The translations under genes were made by a program, and so were the position numbers. DNA of 64,000 nt, taken from the NCBI RefSeq assembly GCF_016026235.1, contig NZ_CP065613.1. The stretch is one strand, 5' to 3'. Shown in pieces: positions 1-10,803 of this stretch (positions within the stretch are counted from its first letter, which is position 1; the number at the start of each line of letters is the position of its first letter). The notes under the pieces were generated by a model. The model did no database searches and was not told the origin of the DNA. It worked only from the letters and a program-made list of their open reading frames with translations. This DNA comes from Escherichia coli (GTDB lineage: Bacteria > Pseudomonadota > Gammaproteobacteria > Enterobacterales > Enterobacteriaceae).

Positions 1-47
1 AGGGCTATGCTTATAGCGATAATCATACTGATGAGAGAGGGAAAGTC

Positions 48-278
48 ATGGATCAGGCGCTACTGGACGAGGGTTATCGCTGTTATACCGGCGAAAAGAT
101 CGATGTCTATTTCAACACTGCGATATGTCAGCATTCTGGCAATTGCGTACGTGGCAACGGCAAGTTATTTAATCTCAAACGAAAGCCGTGGATCATGCCG
201 GATGAAGTCGACGTCGCCACTGTGGTTAAAGTGATTGATACGTGCCCGAGCGGCGCGCTGAAATACCGTCATAAATAA
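48..278 (+). CDS. yjdI: Small Cys-containing protein YjdI (76 aa)
   Basis: 76-aa ORF in track; sequence matches recalled E. coli YjdI; position directly upstream of yjdJ. Confidence 0.8.
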   Translation: MDQALLDEGYRCYTGEKIDVYFNTAICQHSGNCVRGNGKLFNLKRKPWIMPDEVDVATVVKVIDTCPSGALKYRHK

Positions 279-289
279 GCGAGGGTAAA

Positions 290-562
290 ATGGAAATACG
301 CGAAGGCCACAATAAATTTTACATTAATGACGAACAAGGCAAGCAAATCGCTGAAATTGTCTTTGTGCCGACTGGAGAGAATTTAGCGATTATCGAACAT
401 ACCGATGTCGATGAAAGCCTGAAAGGGCAGGGGATTGGTAAACAGCTGGTTGCAAAAGTCGTGGAAAAAATGCGTCGGGAAAAACGAAAAATTATCCCAT
501 TATGTCCATTTGCGAAACACGAATTTGATAAAACGCGGGAGTATGATGATATTCGTAGTTGA
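290..562 (+). CDS. yjdJ: GNAT-family acetyltransferase-like protein YjdJ (90 aa)
   Basis: 90-aa ORF, 11 bp after yjdI; matches recalled YjdJ. Confidence 0.8.
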   Translation: MEIREGHNKFYINDEQGKQIAEIVFVPTGENLAIIEHTDVDESLKGQGIGKQLVAKVVEKMRREKRKIIPLCPFAKHEFDKTREYDDIRS

Positions 563-788
563 TGGAAGAGTACAGAGCCACGATATTTTTCATGCTCTCC
601 GCGGAGTGATGCAGGAGAGCATCTGAAGGGTCGGGGGATGCACAAAGAATGGGCAGAGAGCGCGTTTTTTTGTCCCAAGTCATCCCCTTTACTGAGCAAA
701 AAAAAGAATATCTCCTATATGAGAATCATCAATCGGGGTTAATAAGTTTTGCGTCCCCAGAGCGTTCAATATTGATAGGAGTCATATT

Positions 789-1085
789 ATGGAAGGTAAA
801 AACAAGTTCAATACTTATGTTGTTTCTTTTGATTATCCATCATCTTATTCCTCAGTGTTCTTAAGGTTAAGATCATTGATGTATGATATGAATTTCTCCT
901 CTATCGTGGCTGATGAATATGGGATACCACGACAATTGAATGAAAACTCCTTCGCAATAACGACATCGTTAGCCGCAAGTGAAATCGAGGATTTAATCAG
1001 GCTCAAATGCTTAGACTTACCGGATATTGATTTTGACCTCAACATTATGACAGTTGATGACTATTTCCGTCAGTTTTACAAGTAG
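789..1085 (+). CDS. ghoS: GhoS, antitoxin endoribonuclease of type V toxin-antitoxin pair
   Basis: 98-aa ORF MEGKNKFNTYVVSFDYP... matches recalled GhoS (YjdK); ghoT follows 27 bp downstream. Confidence 0.85.
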   Translation: MEGKNKFNTYVVSFDYPSSYSSVFLRLRSLMYDMNFSSIVADEYGIPRQLNENSFAITTSLAASEIEDLIRLKCLDLPDIDFDLNIMTVDDYFRQFYK

Positions 1086-1112
1086 CCAGGAAGGATAAGA
1101 AGAACATAAAAA

Positions 1113-1286
1113 ATGGCACTATTCTCTAAAATATTAATTTTTTATGTGATTGGTGTGAACATATCCTTTGTCATTATCTGGTTTATCTCACATGAGAAAA
1201 CACATATTCGTTTACTTAGTGCATTCCTGGTCGGAATAACCTGGCCAATGAGTCTGCCTGTGGCATTACTTTTTTTTCTCTTTTAG
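1113..1286 (+). CDS. ghoT: GhoT, small membrane-lytic toxin (57 aa)
   Basis: Hand-translated ATG at 1113 to TAG at 1284-1286: MALFSKILIFYVIGVNISFVIIWFISHEKTHIRLLSAFLVGITWPMSLPVALLFFLF; two hydrophobic helices; absent from ORF track (below 60 aa). Confidence 0.85.
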   Translation: MALFSKILIFYVIGVNISFVIIWFISHEKTHIRLLSAFLVGITWPMSLPVALLFFLF

Positions 1287-1360
1287 GAGCTGTAGTTGAG
1301 TGGACCCGCTGGTTATCGTGAAACGAAGCGTCTCTCCTCAAAACTGGATTTGCGGAACGA

Positions 1361-1392
1361 TGAACGAAGCAGTCGCCTGACTGCTTCGTTCA
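1361..1392. terminator. Hairpin between convergent ghoT and lysU (candidate bidirectional terminator)
   Basis: Inverted repeat gaacgaagcagtc / gactgcttcgttc with 4-nt loop, flanked by A/T runs. Confidence 0.5.
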
Positions 1393-1404
1393 TTAAAGTG
1401 AAAA

Positions 1405-2922
1405 TTATTTCTGTGGGCGCATCGCCGGGAAGAGAATAACGTCGCGAATAGTATGACTGTTTGTAAACAGCATAATCATTCGGTCGATACCAATACCCAG
1501 ACCAGCGGTTGGCGGCAGACCATATTCCAGCGCAGTCACGTAATCTTCGTCATAGAACATGGCTTCGTCGTCACCTGCAGCTTTAGCGTTAACCTGTTCC
1601 TGGAAACGTTCAGCCTGATCTTCTGCGTCGTTTAATTCGCTAAAACCATTACCGATTTCACGACCACCGATGAAGAATTCAAAACGGTCGGTGATTTCTG
1701 GGTTAACATCATTACGGCGTGCCAGCGGTGACACTTCTGCCGGATATTCCGTAATAAAGGTTGGCTGAATCAGATGTGCTTCTGCCACTTCATCAAAGAT
1801 CTCCGTGACAATACGTCCCAGCCCCCAGCTTTTCTCTACCGTAATACCGATAGATTCAGCTAATTCTTTAGCAGCATCAAAATTATCCAGGTCGGCCATA
1901 TCGGTTTCTGGACGATATTTTTTGATTGCTTCGCGCATGGTGAGTTTTTCAAACGGTTTGCCGAAATCAAACACATGCTCGCCATAAGTGACTTTAGTGG
2001 TACCCAGAACCTCTTGTGCCAGGGTGCGGAACAGGGACTCTGTCAGTTCAATCAAATCGTGGTAATCCGCATACGCCATGTAGAGTTCCATCATTGTGAA
2101 CTCAGGATTATGGCGAACAGAAATACCTTCATTACGGAAGTTACGGTTGATTTCGAATACCCGTTCAAAACCGCCTACAACCAGACGTTTCAGATACAGC
2201 TCTGGCGCGATACGCAGATACATATCTAAATCCAGAGCATTATGATGGGTAATAAACGGGCGAGCAGATGCCCCACCTGGAATTACCTGCATCATCGGGG
2301 TTTCTACTTCCATAAAGCCGCGCGCGACCATGAACTGACGGATAGCGGCCAGAATTTTTGAACGGACAACGAACGTTTGACGGGATTTATCGTTAGCGAT
2401 GAGGTCCAGATAACGTTGACGATAACGGACTTCCTGATCCTGCAGACCATGGAATTTATCTGGTAAAGGACGTAGTGCTTTAGTCAGCAGGCGCAGCTCA
2501 GTACAGTGAATGGAAAGCTCACCCGTTTGCGTCTTAAACAGCGTACCGCGGGCACCGATAATGTCACCCAGATCCCATTTTTTAAACTGATCGTTATAAA
2601 CACCTTCTGGCAGGCTATCTCTTGCAACGTACAGTTGAATACGGCCACCGACATCCTGCAACGTTACAAAGGAGGCTTTCCCCATGATACGACGGGTCAT
2701 CATTCGGCCAGCAACCGAGACTTCAATGTTTAAGGATTCCAGTTCCTGGTTATTCTTCGCATCAAACTCTTCGTGCAACTGGTCAGAGGTATGGTCGCGG
2801 CGAAAATCATTGGGAAACGCCACACCTTGCTGACGTAGTGCCGCCAGTTTTTCGCGGCGATTTCTCAGTTCATCGTTAAAATCAATAGCCTCATTGGCTC
2901 CCCGTGTTTCTTGTTCAGACAT
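1405..2922 (-). CDS. lysU: Lysine--tRNA ligase, heat-inducible (505 aa)
   Basis: ORF track 1405..2949; start trimmed to [20 protein letters not shown]...; class II aaRS sequence recalled. Confidence 0.95.
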   Translation of the reverse strand: MSEQETRGANEAIDFNDELRNRREKLAALRQQGVAFPNDFRRDHTSDQLHEEFDAKNNQELESLNIEVSVAGRMMTRRIMGKASFVTLQDVGGRIQLYVARDSLPEGVYNDQFKKWDLGDIIGARGTLFKTQTGELSIHCTELRLLTKALRPLPDKFHGLQDQEVRYRQRYLDLIANDKSRQTFVVRSKILAAIRQFMVARGFMEVETPMMQVIPGGASARPFITHHNALDLDMYLRIAPELYLKRLVVGGFERVFEINRNFRNEGISVRHNPEFTMMELYMAYADYHDLIELTESLFRTLAQEVLGTTKVTYGEHVFDFGKPFEKLTMREAIKKYRPETDMADLDNFDAAKELAESIGITVEKSWGLGRIVTEIFDEVAEAHLIQPTFITEYPAEVSPLARRNDVNPEITDRFEFFIGGREIGNGFSELNDAEDQAERFQEQVNAKAAGDDEAMFYDEDYVTALEYGLPPTAGLGIGIDRMIMLFTNSHTIRDVILFPAMRPQK

Positions 2923-3158
2923 TTTGGTTCCTCTAAATCCAGCTTTCAATTTAGCGTAGATAAAGAGACAGATCGGTACACTGTATTATCTGCCTCGACT
3001 ATTAATAACTCAGTTTATCTTATCGAAACTAACGCTTACCTCAAGTTGATATCACTAATAAATAACCATCAAAATGGTTTAAATGACTTATTAATCTCGA
3101 TTTACCAGTGTGATAAACTGAAAGTTAATTTATTCATAACTAATTGTTTTTACGACAG

Positions 3159-4616
3159 TTAATCGTTGCTCTCCTGTACCATATTCGTCGGCGTGCTAAA
3201 CAGGAAACGGGTAGCAAAGGCCAATACGACGATGATCGCGACACAAGCCAACGTCCACTCTCCCATCTGAGAAAAGAATCGCTGGTAAGCTGCAATTGCC
3301 ATACCGCTAATTTGCGACTCTGTCGTCTGCTGTGCCACTACGCCTGCCAGCCAGTTGGCGACCGCGCCTGTTGCCAGCATATAAATCCCGGTTAATACGC
3401 CAGACATTTTCAGACGCGTGATTTGCGCAATCGCCACCGGGTCAATAAAGAGTTCGGCAAAGCCCATTAGCGCCAACCCGGATATCATCACGCCCATTGA
3501 CGCTTGACCGTCAGCCGCTGCATGTCGGGCATCAAATGCCAACAACATAAAGCCACAAGCCATCAGCAGTAAGCCAAAGGCAAACTTCAACCAGACGCGC
3601 AATGTTGAGTTGCCGCGGCTTTCTGGCGACGCCAGCCAGGCCAGTACAACCCCAGCGAGCATCACCGCAATTGCATTCACCGACTGGAATAGTGCTGTAG
3701 GTACTTCAATATTGAATGCCTGACGATTCACAAAGCGATCGATAAACAAGCTGATGGTACTGCCGCCCTGTTGTGCCAGTACCCAGAACAATGTCCCGAC
3801 AAACATCAACAATACAATTTGCCAAAGAGCACGGCGGTGTTCGGGGAATTTGATCATCATGCGGGCAATGATTTGTGCGGCAATGAGGCAAACGATCGCC
3901 AGCAAATATCCGGACCAGTCGTTCTCCAGCAGCAGGGTAAAAAATACTGGGGCTAAACAGAGCATCACCACTAACCAGCTCCATACCGGTAAGGCAAATT
4001 TGACGCTAGTGAGCGCTTTTTTATCCATACTACGCGTGGACTGGAAATGACGATGCCCGCTTAAGAAAATCAACAAACCGATAAACATGCCGCCACCCGC
4101 AAGGGCAAAGCCAACATGCCATCCATACCACTGAGCAGCCAGGCCGCAGGCGATTGGGGCGGCGATAGAACCGATATTGCCCGCAGCATACAGCAGCGAA
4201 AAACCGCCATCACGTCGATGATCGTTCTCGTCGTAGAGCTCGCCAAGCAAACAGCTGATGTTTGATTTGAATAAACCGTAGCCACAAATAATGATTGCCA
4301 GCGCCAGATACAGGCTAAAGGTTGAATTTGTATCAATACCCAGCACCACATGGCCAAGGGTCATTAACAGCGCGCCGGCAATCACTGCAGTGCGGTTGCC
4401 GAGCAGGCGGTCGGCAAGCCAGCCGCCGAGAATAGGGGTAACGTAAACCAGAGAAGCATATGCGCTGAACAGGCTGATGGCATGGTTATCATCAAAACCA
4501 AGCTGATGGGTGAGATAGAGAATGAGTAAGGCACGCATGCCGTAAAAACTGAAGTACTCCCAGATTTGGATCGCCACGATATAGTATATCGCGCGCGGCT
4601 GTGAGGGTGTTTTCAT
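3159..4616 (-). CDS. dtpC: Dipeptide/tripeptide:H+ permease DtpC (485 aa)
   Basis: 485-aa polytopic membrane ORF matching recalled YjdL/DtpC (POT family). Confidence 0.93.
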   Translation of the reverse strand: MKTPSQPRAIYYIVAIQIWEYFSFYGMRALLILYLTHQLGFDDNHAISLFSAYASLVYVTPILGGWLADRLLGNRTAVIAGALLMTLGHVVLGIDTNSTFSLYLALAIIICGYGLFKSNISCLLGELYDENDHRRDGGFSLLYAAGNIGSIAAPIACGLAAQWYGWHVGFALAGGGMFIGLLIFLSGHRHFQSTRSMDKKALTSVKFALPVWSWLVVMLCLAPVFFTLLLENDWSGYLLAIVCLIAAQIIARMMIKFPEHRRALWQIVLLMFVGTLFWVLAQQGGSTISLFIDRFVNRQAFNIEVPTALFQSVNAIAVMLAGVVLAWLASPESRGNSTLRVWLKFAFGLLLMACGFMLLAFDARHAAADGQASMGVMISGLALMGFAELFIDPVAIAQITRLKMSGVLTGIYMLATGAVANWLAGVVAQQTTESQISGMAIAAYQRFFSQMGEWTLACVAIIVVLAFATRFLFSTPTNMVQESND

Positions 4617-4674
4617 GTGTTCTCCTTATGAGCAAAAAAGGGAAGTGGCAAGCCACTTCCCTTGTACGAGCTAA

Positions 4675-6822
4675 TTATTTTTTGCTTTCTTCTTTCAATA
4701 CCTTAACGGTATAGCGGCCATCAGCCTGACGGTATGCACCGTGAATATCGGTTTCAAAGCCCGGATAGTGAGCGCCGATTTCACACAGCATCTGCAGGAA
4801 CTCCAGAACCGGACGGCTTTCTTCGGTGATCATTTCACCCGGCATTACCAGAGGAACTCCCGGCGGATATGGAAGGATCATATTGGCGTTAATACGACCT
4901 ACCATTTCGTCGAGGTAAACTTCTTCGGTCATACCGTGCAGCTCTTTCTGGAACGCAGCATACGGAGTCATTACCATTGTCGGCAGCACTTCAAATGCGC
5001 GATACATCAGATCCGGCAGATTGTGGTGAACAATCAGTTTGTGGATATTCTGAGCCAGTTCCTGAATACGCATGTTTTCATAGAATTCAGGATCTTCACG
5101 ATACAGAGACGGCAGCATGTTTTTCACACGCAGGTTCAGGTCGAACGCACGTTTGAAGTCAGTCAGAGCACGCAGCAGGCTCAGTGCTTTGGTCTTATCG
5201 ATACCGATGCTGAACAGGAACAGCAGGTTATACGGACCGGTTTTCTCAACAACGATGCCATGTTCGTCGAGGTATTTCGCCACGATGCTGGCCGGAATAC
5301 CAAAGTCGCTCATGGTGCCGTCTTTTTCCATCCCCGGAGTCAGCAGGGTGACTTTGATCGGGTCAAGATACATGTGCTCGTTATCGATGTTTTTGAAGCC
5401 GTGCCAGGTGCTGTCAGAACGCAGCGGCCAGCATTCAGTCGTATCGATATGATCCGGCTGCCATACATCAAAGAACCAGCCATCAGATTCCGTTCTCAGA
5501 CGTTTGATCTCTTTACGGAATTTGATCGCACGTTCAATGGAACCGTTGATCAGACGTTTACCTGCATTGCCTTTCATCATCGCCGCAGCGGTTTCAGTGG
5601 ACGCCACGATACCGTAGTGAGGAGAAGTGGTGGTGTGCATCATGTAGGCTTCGTTAAAGGTTTCTTCGTTTACGTCACCTTTAACGTGGATCATGGAAGC
5701 CTGAGAGAACGCCGCCAGCAGTTTGTGAGTGGACTGGGTTTCGTAAATCACTTTCCCTTCTACACGGCCACCGCTCATACCGCATTTACCTTCGTAAATC
5801 GGTGAGAAGTTGGTGTAAGGCACCCACGCGGAGTCAAAGTGGATGGATTTCACATCCAGTGTTTTCTTGATGAAGTCGGTGTTGTACAGCAGACCATCAT
5901 AGGTAGAGTTGGTAATTACAGCATGTACCGGCCAGGTTGCGTTTGGTGTTTCTTTCACGCGCTTAGCAATGGTAGCGTGCTGGAATTCACTCTGTGGGAT
6001 ACCACCAAGAATACCGTAAGCGTTACGGGTCGGGCGGAAATAGATTGGCGTAACATCGCTCATCATCATCAGGTGGGTCAGCGATTTGTGGCAGTTACGG
6101 TCAATCAGAATGGTGCTGCCTGCCGGAGCAGAGTACATGCCAACAATTTTGTTCGCAGTGGAAGTACCGTTGGTCACCATGTAGCTGCGGTCTGCGTTAA
6201 AGACGCGAGCGATATACTGTTCTGCTTCTTTGTGTGGACCACTGTGATCCAGCAGAGAACCCAGTTCAGATACTGAAATGGAAATATCAGATTTCATGGT
6301 ATTCGGACCAAAGAAATCATAGAACAGGCTACCTACCGGGCTTTTCTGAAATGCAGTACCGCCCATGTGACCAGGAGTACAGAAAGTATATTTACCTTCA
6401 CGAACATATTTAAACAGTGCTTTAGTCAGCGGAGGCAGAATAGTGTTGATATATTCGTCAGTGGTCTGCTTGATCTTATTAGCAATATCTTCAGCAGCAC
6501 CCAGCGCATATTCAAAGAAGCTAATCTGTAAACGCAGGTCATTCAGGCTTACATCGAGAGTGGAATACGTATTAGCGAACGCGTACAACGGCAGGTTCTC
6601 GTTCATTTTGCTAATTTCTTCGCACAGCTCGAGATTATATTTATCCCAGTCAAAAATAACGCCGCACAGACGCGCATTGTTTTCGATCAGTTTTAATAAG
6701 TCGTCACGGTCGTTCGGGTAAACAATCTGGAAGTTCAGACGTTCAAGCGCGCGATGAAGTTCACGGATGGGTTCTTCTTTAAAATAAACCCCCATGTGAT
6801 TCAATATTGCAATAACGTTCAT
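4675..6822 (-). CDS. cadA: Inducible lysine decarboxylase CadA (715 aa)
   Basis: ORF 4675..6861 trimmed to MNVIAILNHMGVYFKEEPIREL...; full length, no interruption. Confidence 0.96.
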   Translation of the reverse strand: MNVIAILNHMGVYFKEEPIRELHRALERLNFQIVYPNDRDDLLKLIENNARLCGVIFDWDKYNLELCEEISKMNENLPLYAFANTYSTLDVSLNDLRLQISFFEYALGAAEDIANKIKQTTDEYINTILPPLTKALFKYVREGKYTFCTPGHMGGTAFQKSPVGSLFYDFFGPNTMKSDISISVSELGSLLDHSGPHKEAEQYIARVFNADRSYMVTNGTSTANKIVGMYSAPAGSTILIDRNCHKSLTHLMMMSDVTPIYFRPTRNAYGILGGIPQSEFQHATIAKRVKETPNATWPVHAVITNSTYDGLLYNTDFIKKTLDVKSIHFDSAWVPYTNFSPIYEGKCGMSGGRVEGKVIYETQSTHKLLAAFSQASMIHVKGDVNEETFNEAYMMHTTTSPHYGIVASTETAAAMMKGNAGKRLINGSIERAIKFRKEIKRLRTESDGWFFDVWQPDHIDTTECWPLRSDSTWHGFKNIDNEHMYLDPIKVTLLTPGMEKDGTMSDFGIPASIVAKYLDEHGIVVEKTGPYNLLFLFSIGIDKTKALSLLRALTDFKRAFDLNLRVKNMLPSLYREDPEFYENMRIQELAQNIHKLIVHHNLPDLMYRAFEVLPTMVMTPYAAFQKELHGMTEEVYLDEMVGRINANMILPYPPGVPLVMPGEMITEESRPVLEFLQMLCEIGAHYPGFETDIHGAYRQADGRYTVKVLKEESKK

Positions 6823-6901
6823 AGTCATATCTCCAGGTAAAAAAGGCCCCTCCCAACACATGGGACAAAATGAAAGGAGGAGCCTCGGAAAATACTTTTA
6901 A

Positions 6902-8236
6902 TTAATGTGCGTTAGACGCGGTGTGGTTATCCATTGAGTGGCTCTGGCGCTCGTGCATTTTGCGAGCGTAGAACATCAGGATAATCAGGCTGACGATGAA
7001 GGTACCTGCCAGCTCGAAGGAGCTTGCGCCCATCAGCGCGATGAAGCAGAACACGCAACCCAGTACAGAGCAGATCAGGCTGACAAAGTTGCGGATGTTA
7101 ACGCCTTCAAAACGAATCAGGTCAACGCAAGAGTAGAAGTACGGCAGCATAGTCAGCAGTACTGCGATACCGGTCAGTTCACCGAACAGGTCAGATGCTT
7201 TACCACCGGCAGAGTTCATCAGAGTGATGAGGATCATCAGGGCAGTCATTTTCACTGCAGCCAGCAGCAGACCTTTTTTCGGAATACCGTTGCTGTCGAC
7301 TTCACCATAAACTTTCGGGAAGTTACCGTCGTTAGCGGCACGTACACCTGCCTGGCCTACCAACATCATCCAGGATCCCAGAGAAGTCAGGCACGCAAAG
7401 GCGGTGAATGCAGAAACCAGCGGCGCAGCCCAGTTACCGAGGATGGTTGAAGCACTGATTGCAAACGGAGCACCGGAAGCTGCCATTACAGAAGATGGAT
7501 ACATACCGGAAAGCACCTGAGTCGCAGCGATGTAAACAATACCTGCTAAACCAGTACCCAGCATGGTTGCCAGCGGAACGGTACGTTTCGGGTTTTTAAC
7601 CATACCAGTACTTACTGCTGCGGATTCAACACCCACGAAGGCCCACAGGCAGAGCAGAATACTTTTAATGATCGCATGACCATCAGTGGTATCCGCAGTA
7701 TTCCAGTTAGCTGCATAAGTTGCCGCATCAAACCAATGCCAGCCAACAATAGCAGTCATCACCACAGGAATAAGAACCAGCACCAGACCAATAGTGGTTA
7801 AACGGCTTACCCAAGTACCGCCGAGCATATTTACAAAGGTAAATACCCAGACGATAGCAATACAGGCGATACCCGCCGGAACAGGATCATTTAATACTGG
7901 GAAGAAGGTGGAAAGATAAGATACCGCGGTAATACCAATCGCCAGGTTACCAATCCAGTTAGCATGGTAATAAAGAACACCTGTCTGAAAACCAAATGCA
8001 GGGGAAATTTCTCCGGCATAAGCAATTGGGCCACCTTGTTGCGGGTTTTTTGTTGCCAGTCGGGCATATACATACGCCAGCGACATTGCACCAATAATAG
8101 AGATAATCCAACCCCAGATAGCAATACCACCGATACTTGCTAGGTTCGCAGGTAATAATGCAATACCGCTCCCCATCATATTACCGGCAACAACACCGGT
8201 ACAGGCAAATAGCCCGATCTTCTTGGCAGAACTCAT
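6902..8236 (-). CDS. cadB: Lysine/cadaverine antiporter CadB (444 aa)
   Basis: 444-aa APC-family transporter ORF; immediately upstream of cadA on same strand. Confidence 0.95.
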   Translation of the reverse strand: MSSAKKIGLFACTGVVAGNMMGSGIALLPANLASIGGIAIWGWIISIIGAMSLAYVYARLATKNPQQGGPIAYAGEISPAFGFQTGVLYYHANWIGNLAIGITAVSYLSTFFPVLNDPVPAGIACIAIVWVFTFVNMLGGTWVSRLTTIGLVLVLIPVVMTAIVGWHWFDAATYAANWNTADTTDGHAIIKSILLCLWAFVGVESAAVSTGMVKNPKRTVPLATMLGTGLAGIVYIAATQVLSGMYPSSVMAASGAPFAISASTILGNWAAPLVSAFTAFACLTSLGSWMMLVGQAGVRAANDGNFPKVYGEVDSNGIPKKGLLLAAVKMTALMILITLMNSAGGKASDLFGELTGIAVLLTMLPYFYSCVDLIRFEGVNIRNFVSLICSVLGCVFCFIALMGASSFELAGTFIVSLIILMFYARKMHERQSHSMDNHTASNAH

Positions 8237-8601
8237 GCTCTTCTCCTAATTTCATTTTTGAATTTGGAGTCCGGGTCATGATGTATAACTATTTCCTGAC
8301 CAGACCAAACTGGCGCTAAGATTACTCACGAAAAAAGGATTAATCCTAAAGATTAGGTGAAATAACACAAAAGTTTCTGTAAGTGAGAACTTGAGGTTTT
8401 TTATTAACACATCAGGATCGCAAGTTGATATCATGAAAAGATAAACATTCAATGTTTACAATAGATTGCGTGACGTCTTCTGGTTAAATTTATGTAATAA
8501 AAATTATGCGGCAAATAAATTGCCGCAACATATTATACCAACAGGAACATACAAAAACTCAACAACAAATATTCCCTAGCATGAATCAACCCAGGAGTTA
8601 C
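8237..8601 (-). promoter_or_regulatory. cadBA promoter / CadC operator region (Pcad)
   Basis: 365-bp AT-rich intergenic region between cadC stop and cadB start; exact operator coordinates not determined. Confidence 0.45.
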
Positions 8602-9510
8602 TTATTCTGAAGCGAGAAATTTGTCGAGATAAGGTACAACATAAGGAACAGAAGTCTGGAATATACCATTTTCAATCCAGTAAAGGGTGTTTGCCCCTGG
8701 GCGTAAATTAAAGGCGGTGAGATATGCATCAGCCGCTTCCCGGTTCATCCCCTTCATTTCATAAACCTTGCCAAGCAACACATAATTTAGCCAGGACATT
8801 TCAAGATCAATGCCAGTATTTATCGCCTGGTAAGACTCATCTGTTTTACCTTTTACCAGAGCACTGACCGCTTTTATTTGATATATAATGGACAGGTTGT
8901 TCAATTCCGGCAGTGTAACAATGTTGTCTATTTCTGTGTTCAGTGCTGCTAATTGTTTTTCATCTAAAGGGTGTTGAGAATGGCGCACGATATCAACTAA
9001 TGCTTTTTCTGCTCTCGCGTAGGTAAATTCTGGGGATGATTGAACAATCTCACCTAATAATTCACTGGCACGATTCAATGATTTGTCATCGCCATGCAGT
9101 AAATAATCATGAGCCTGATAAAAATTAGTTAATAACGCACCACGATGAGGCAAAATTTGCTGGAGCGTCTCCTGCATTCGTTGTGGCCACGGTTGGTTTA
9201 ACGCTTTTGATAAACTCTCCAGTAAATCATTTTGAATCGCCAGCTGATTACCGTTAGTGATGACATAACGTTTATCCAGCATGGTTGAACCATCTGCATT
9301 GTCTACCAATTTTATCGACATAAAGCATTGTTGAGCACGGTATTGGCGCTGATTAACAAAGGCAATAGATAATGTTTTACCGGAACTGCTCGGTTCATCA
9401 ATGTTGTAGTTGATTTTGTCATGCACCATAAAGGTGGAGAAGGTGTTAAGTGATGTCGCCACCAAATCACCCACGCCTATCGCGTAAGAGAGCTGATACG
9501 GGGAACTCCA

Positions 9511-10803
9511 CTGAGGGATCCCCAGAAAATTTAGTAAACCATTATCATATTGGTATACCGTTGCTGTAGAACTTTCAGCCCTGCGTCAAGTGACAGTGTG
9601 TTTAGTATGAGTGGAGAATGTCGAATCACATTCTCCGCCAGTTTTAATAACGAGATGACTCGCCTGTGCTTCACTGTATTTGCCTGATATTTATGATGTA
9701 TCCCTTTGTTTTCCAGGCTGAAACCGCTTAACCACATAATGATACTGGCTAATGTTGCGATCAGACTCAATACCGTGACCCGCCCGGATGAATGACTGGC
9801 ACCAAACCGTAGTCCAAATCCCCAGCGAGGATTTTTTCATCCCTGAAATTTTGCTCAATTTGCATTCTACGGCTGTATAATTTCATTACCTGTTTTGGCG
9901 AGAACTCAGTACTGTTTGTGAAAATAAACCATGGTGATTTCCCGGCAGTACGAGCTTTAGCCGTCACCGATGGTCTGGTTGCTCTTTCCTTCGAGCGTTT
10001 AAATCTACGACCTTTAGGCTTACTTTTATAAAGATAAAAATGCCCTTCATGTTGTGCATTTTTATCTCGACCCAGCAGGCCTTCACCTAAATAAATTGCT
10101 GTCGTTGATGCTTTTGTGCCTGAGTCCGACACCTTTTCCCAGCCATTACCAACATTGTAATAATGATTGCCCAGTACCCGGCAAATATAGGTCCAGCCAC
10201 GGGAGCGGAGCTGTTGGAACCATCGCCCCTGAAAACCGGCATCTGTAATAACAATGACATCAGTCCCGGGGGAAAAGCACTCAGCAAGCGATTCCAGAAA
10301 ACGCTCATGTACATCTGCATTCGCTGTCTGTGATGATGGAACGACACAACTCATCAACGGTAAAGAACGCCCGTCACATGCCAGGCTTGCCCGCAAAAGC
10401 TGAAAACGAGAGGCATGATAAGCACTCCAGTCAATGAGTATCACAACACGAGACATTCCCCGCGTAATCTTTTGGGTAATTCGCTGAAAAATGGTGGAAA
10501 CCTCATTTTGCAAATGTCGATTCCCCAACAGTCGATCCACCCGCTTTATTTTGTTTTTAACTGATGCCGTACCGGTTAAATGACGCCCGATACTGGTAAG
10601 TGTGAGGGAAGCGCCATTTATTACAGCATTAGTTGCGTCAATCAGTGATTTTTGACGGTAAAGATGCAAAGGGGCCAGTATGTTGTTAAGGAAATTTTGG
10701 CATAATGAACGTGCAGGCATAGTGGTGATCTCCTTGAAATTGTTAGCACAATCAATTAGATCACATCTCACTATGCCTGTCTTGTTTTCTGGGGATTCCT
10801 CAG
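9511..10803 (-). mobile_element. IS4-family, IS10-like insertion sequence (1,293 bp)
   Basis: Ends CTGAGGGATCCCCAGAAAAT (9511-) and reverse complement CTGAGGAATCCCCAGAAAAC (-10803), 18/20 match; flanking 10-bp direct repeat gggaactcca at 9501-9510 and 10804-10813; internal transposase about 35-40% identical to recalled IS10 transposase. Confidence 0.85.
9531..10720 (-). pseudogene. IS10-like DDE transposase, split over two reading frames
   Basis: Frame A MPARSLCQNF... (10720..9767) carries the KRVDRLLGNRHL, VILIDWS, TDAGF and YSRRMQIEQNFRD motifs; frame B (9770..9531) carries the C-terminal HKYQANTV... homology; frame change near 9770. Confidence 0.75.

Noticed and set aside
7..234. 75-aa ORF at window start overlapping yjdI in another frame
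   Set aside because: Overlaps the better-supported yjdI frame almost entirely and lacks a start context.
4741..5805. 354-aa plus-strand ORF inside cadA
   Set aside because: Antisense to a full-length, well-matched CadA; composition dominated by F/V/H/Q/R as expected for the reverse complement of a codon-biased gene; no start-site signals.
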